Positions 61,448-64,000 of a stretch of 64,000 nt of DNA are shown one piece after another. Below the pieces are notes generated by a model. The model did not search any database and was not told where the DNA came from. It was given only the letters and a program-made list of their open reading frames with translations. This DNA is from Octopus sinensis (lineage: Eukaryota), in the NCBI RefSeq assembly GCF_006345805.1, contig NW_021832379.1, positions 62,001 to 126,000 on the forward strand, written 5' to 3'. A program made the position numbers and the translations under genes. Each line of letters opens with the position of its first letter. Within the stretch, counting starts at the first letter, position 1.

Positions 61448-62236
61448 TGAAGTGCATTCAAAAGGTATCTGACTTTATTTTTTCCTGGGCAAAAGCCTTT
61501 TGGTGGCAAGTGATACCACTCTTCCTGCTCATGTATGAACATTTTTTTCATGCTGGTAGGCCACATCAGTTCCTGGCAGTTACGCCTAGATTACACACGT
61601 GTAGTGTGCACTCATCAGATTTTGCCAAACGCTTGGTGATACTCAAGCTCAAACCATGGGCTAAACTCAGATCAAGGAGTGATACAGCTGCTTCAGACAG
61701 CAAGGCACGCTCAGGTAGACTATCCACTAACCAAAATGAGGAGCCAATTGAGAAGGTTCAGCAAAAAGTCATGGATGACTGTTGTAACAATCCAAAAAAT
61801 CTCTCTCAAAGTGGGAATAAGCACAAGATCAGTGCTTTTTATTTTAATGGAGGATTTGTGCATGCAAAGTGTGAGTGGGAAAATAAAGTCAGACACTTTT
61901 TGAACACACCTTGTAATCCAGCCTTTCCTGGTCAAGAACAACACACCACTTGTCCAACAAGCACCCTACTCTCCCGACTTAGCACCATGAGACTTCTAAT
62001 CTTCTCGAAACTGAAAACCATACTGAAAGGAAAGTGATTAGAGCCACAAGAGAAAATTATGAGGAAAGTGATAGCAAAGCTCTGCAGCATTCCAGAGGTG
62101 TTACCAGCAGGAGCAGAACTGCTACGAGAAATATGTGAACTCCCAAGGGAAGTGTTTTGAAGGTGATTACATAAAATTTGTAAAACATACATTTTTTTTT
62201 ACACCCAGTGGTCAGATACTTTTTCAATACACCTCA
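61448..62236 (+). mobile_element. Internally deleted mariner
   Basis: TA-flanked TIRs tgaagtgcattcaaaaggtatctgac and gtcagatacttttcaatacacctca; decayed HPPYSPDLAP-region peptide (...LLIFSKLKTILKGK). Confidence 0.7.
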
Positions 62237-62265
62237 TACATAAACAATAAAGAAATATTTCATTA

Positions 62266-62945
62266 TATCCCTGACCATCCTGACTCTGGCCCCTTCTCCC
62301 TTTGCCTCATTCTGTCTCTCAGTTTCGATTACCACTTGCTTCGCCAGTACTTCCCCATCCTCCACCATCCAACCCTATATAAACTAGCACACACATTCGG
62401 ATTCCCCTACTCCATTTTAATAACTCTGCCGAAACAAGTCCAGGAGATGCTCAGATAAGAAAAAAAACACCTTTTTTTTCAACCTTGTTCATCTACTTCT
62501 CTATTTCTGCGCAGATCATAAACCCCTTATTAGTCCCTTTCATTATTCTATCTGTTTCATTACCATGTAAACATAGTTTCATTTCCTCGCTTTTGTCTTA
62601 AAGCAAACCTAAGTTCCTTCATTATTTGTCGCTTATTCGTTTATTCAAGTTTCTCACTTGTTTCTCACAGATTGGCTGACCAAAAATTCTAAGATTTTTC
62701 AATTCTATTTCACTATTATCAGCATTTGCTGTTTCATTAAATTTTGTTATCCAAAATCCCAACAGAGTATTTTTCTCCCTCATGTTCTATCCCTGACCAC
62801 CCTAATTCTGGTCTCCCTCCCCTCTCTGTTTCGATTACCACTTGCTTCGCCAATACTTCCCCATCTTCCACCACCCAACCCTATATAAACTAGCACATAC
62901 ACTCGGACTCCCCTACTCCATTTTAATGACTCCACCGAAAGAGTA
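62266..62945 (+). repeat. Dispersed ~170-bp direct repeat pair (about 62266-62450 and 62790-62945)
   Basis: Shared tttcgattaccacttgcttcgcca...ccaaccctatataaactagcaca...cccctactccattttaa. Confidence 0.8.
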
Positions 62946-63044
62946 CGAATCCAGATGCTCTTGTCTAATTTTGCTATTTCGCAGCAGGTTGAAGGCTATT
63001 GTTTGTTTATGAATTCTGCCAAATGCGAGCTTTCTTTTCAGGTA

Positions 63045-64000
63045 CATGACACTGCTGCCCCCCATCTCAGGGTCTCACAGGCCCACACCTCCCATACCCT
63101 CAGAGTGAGTTGTTACACTCAACGTGGGCCCACTGAAAGGTAGGTCTGGTGAGATTGTTGAGATGCTTCAACACAGACGTGTAGATTTGTGCTGCATCCA
63201 AGAAGTAAGGTGGAGAGGAGGTTCCGCTAGGTACCTCTCAGACAAAGAATGCAGATACAAGACTTTCTGGGCAGGGAACAATGACGGGGTTGGGGGCATG
63301 GGTATACTTGTTGCAGAGAAATGGATTGATAAGGTAATCGAGGTAGTCAGAGTATGCGATAAAATACTTAAGATTAGATTAGTGCTACATCATGGGTTAG
63401 CAACCATTATCTCAGCCTATGCCCCTCAGCCGGGGCTACCTGATGGGCAGAAAGACTGATTTTATGACATATCTTGCAGACTACCTCATTGACGAATGAC
63501 AGGGACCTTCTCTTTGTGGCTGGTGACTTCAATGGACATGTTGGACAACATGCAGGGGGCTTCCATAGCATACATGGAGGCTATGGTTTTGGTTCCTGCA
63601 ATGAGGAGAGAACCAGGTTGCTGGAGTTCTGCAATGCAAATGATCTTATGGTTTGCAATTCTACCATCAGAAAACCTGCCAGCCAGCTAGTCACCTACTG
63701 TTCTGGCAGACACACTAGCCAAACTGACTACATCCTCGCCAGAAAAAGGAAAAGATGGCTGCTTATAAATGCTAAAACCTTCCCAGGCAAAGAATGTACC
63801 CCACAACATAGACTGGTAGTTAGTGACTTTAGGATCAGGGCTAAGTGGATGCCCAGAAGACAACCAGCATGGAGGAGAAGGGTCTGGAAGCTTAAAGATC
63901 CTGCAAATGGACAGAGATTTAGATGTATTAATTAAAGCCTTTGGCGATATAGAGGGGGATATAGCATCACATGATGTGGAAGACAACTGGAGGTTTCTAT
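63045..64000 (+). mobile_element. RTE LINE APE endonuclease region (continues past the window end)
   Basis: TLNVG..KGRSGEIVEML...CIQEVRWRG...IISAYAPQ...AGDFNGHVG...DYIL...PQHRLVV; stops and frameshifts present. Confidence 0.88.

Noticed and set aside
61384-62037. 217-aa ORF as a host gene
   Set aside because: Lies almost entirely within the deleted mariner and reads through its TIRs

Overview
AT-rich animal genomic DNA, most likely octopus. This is inferred from effector-less C2H2 zinc-finger genes, (GAT)n-tailed RTE LINE 3' ends and the tRNA-derived SINE types; no database search was run. The only intact host coding sequences I can support are two tandem + strand C2H2 zinc-finger genes: 40833-42263 (16 fingers) and 59456-60838 (15 fingers plus a half finger). 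Each appears to have a non-coding first exon at a housekeeping-type promoter (about 31.5 kb and 54.0 kb). A third, divergent promoter may lie at about 18.5 kb. The rest is dense transposon sequence: a complete but frameshifted Gypsy LTR element (7037-12021), Tx1/L1, CR1, RTE, BovB-like and Hero-like LINE remnants, Helitrons, Tc1/mariner, pogo, hAT and piggyBac remnants, GG-terminated 8-bp-TSD (Merlin-like) elements, SINEs and a Penelope-derived hairpin. The most striking structure is a 6.5-kb nest of inverted-repeat elements in the putative first intron of ZNF gene 1. Its near-identical 1.1-kb inverted arms each carry the same RTE 3' UTR fragment, making it a candidate long dsRNA or ADAR substrate. 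Other notable points are a switched start codon in ZNF gene 2, several near-perfect templated inverted duplications, and a Helitron carrying a LINE 5' end. All alignments were done by eye and boundaries of old remnants are approximate.
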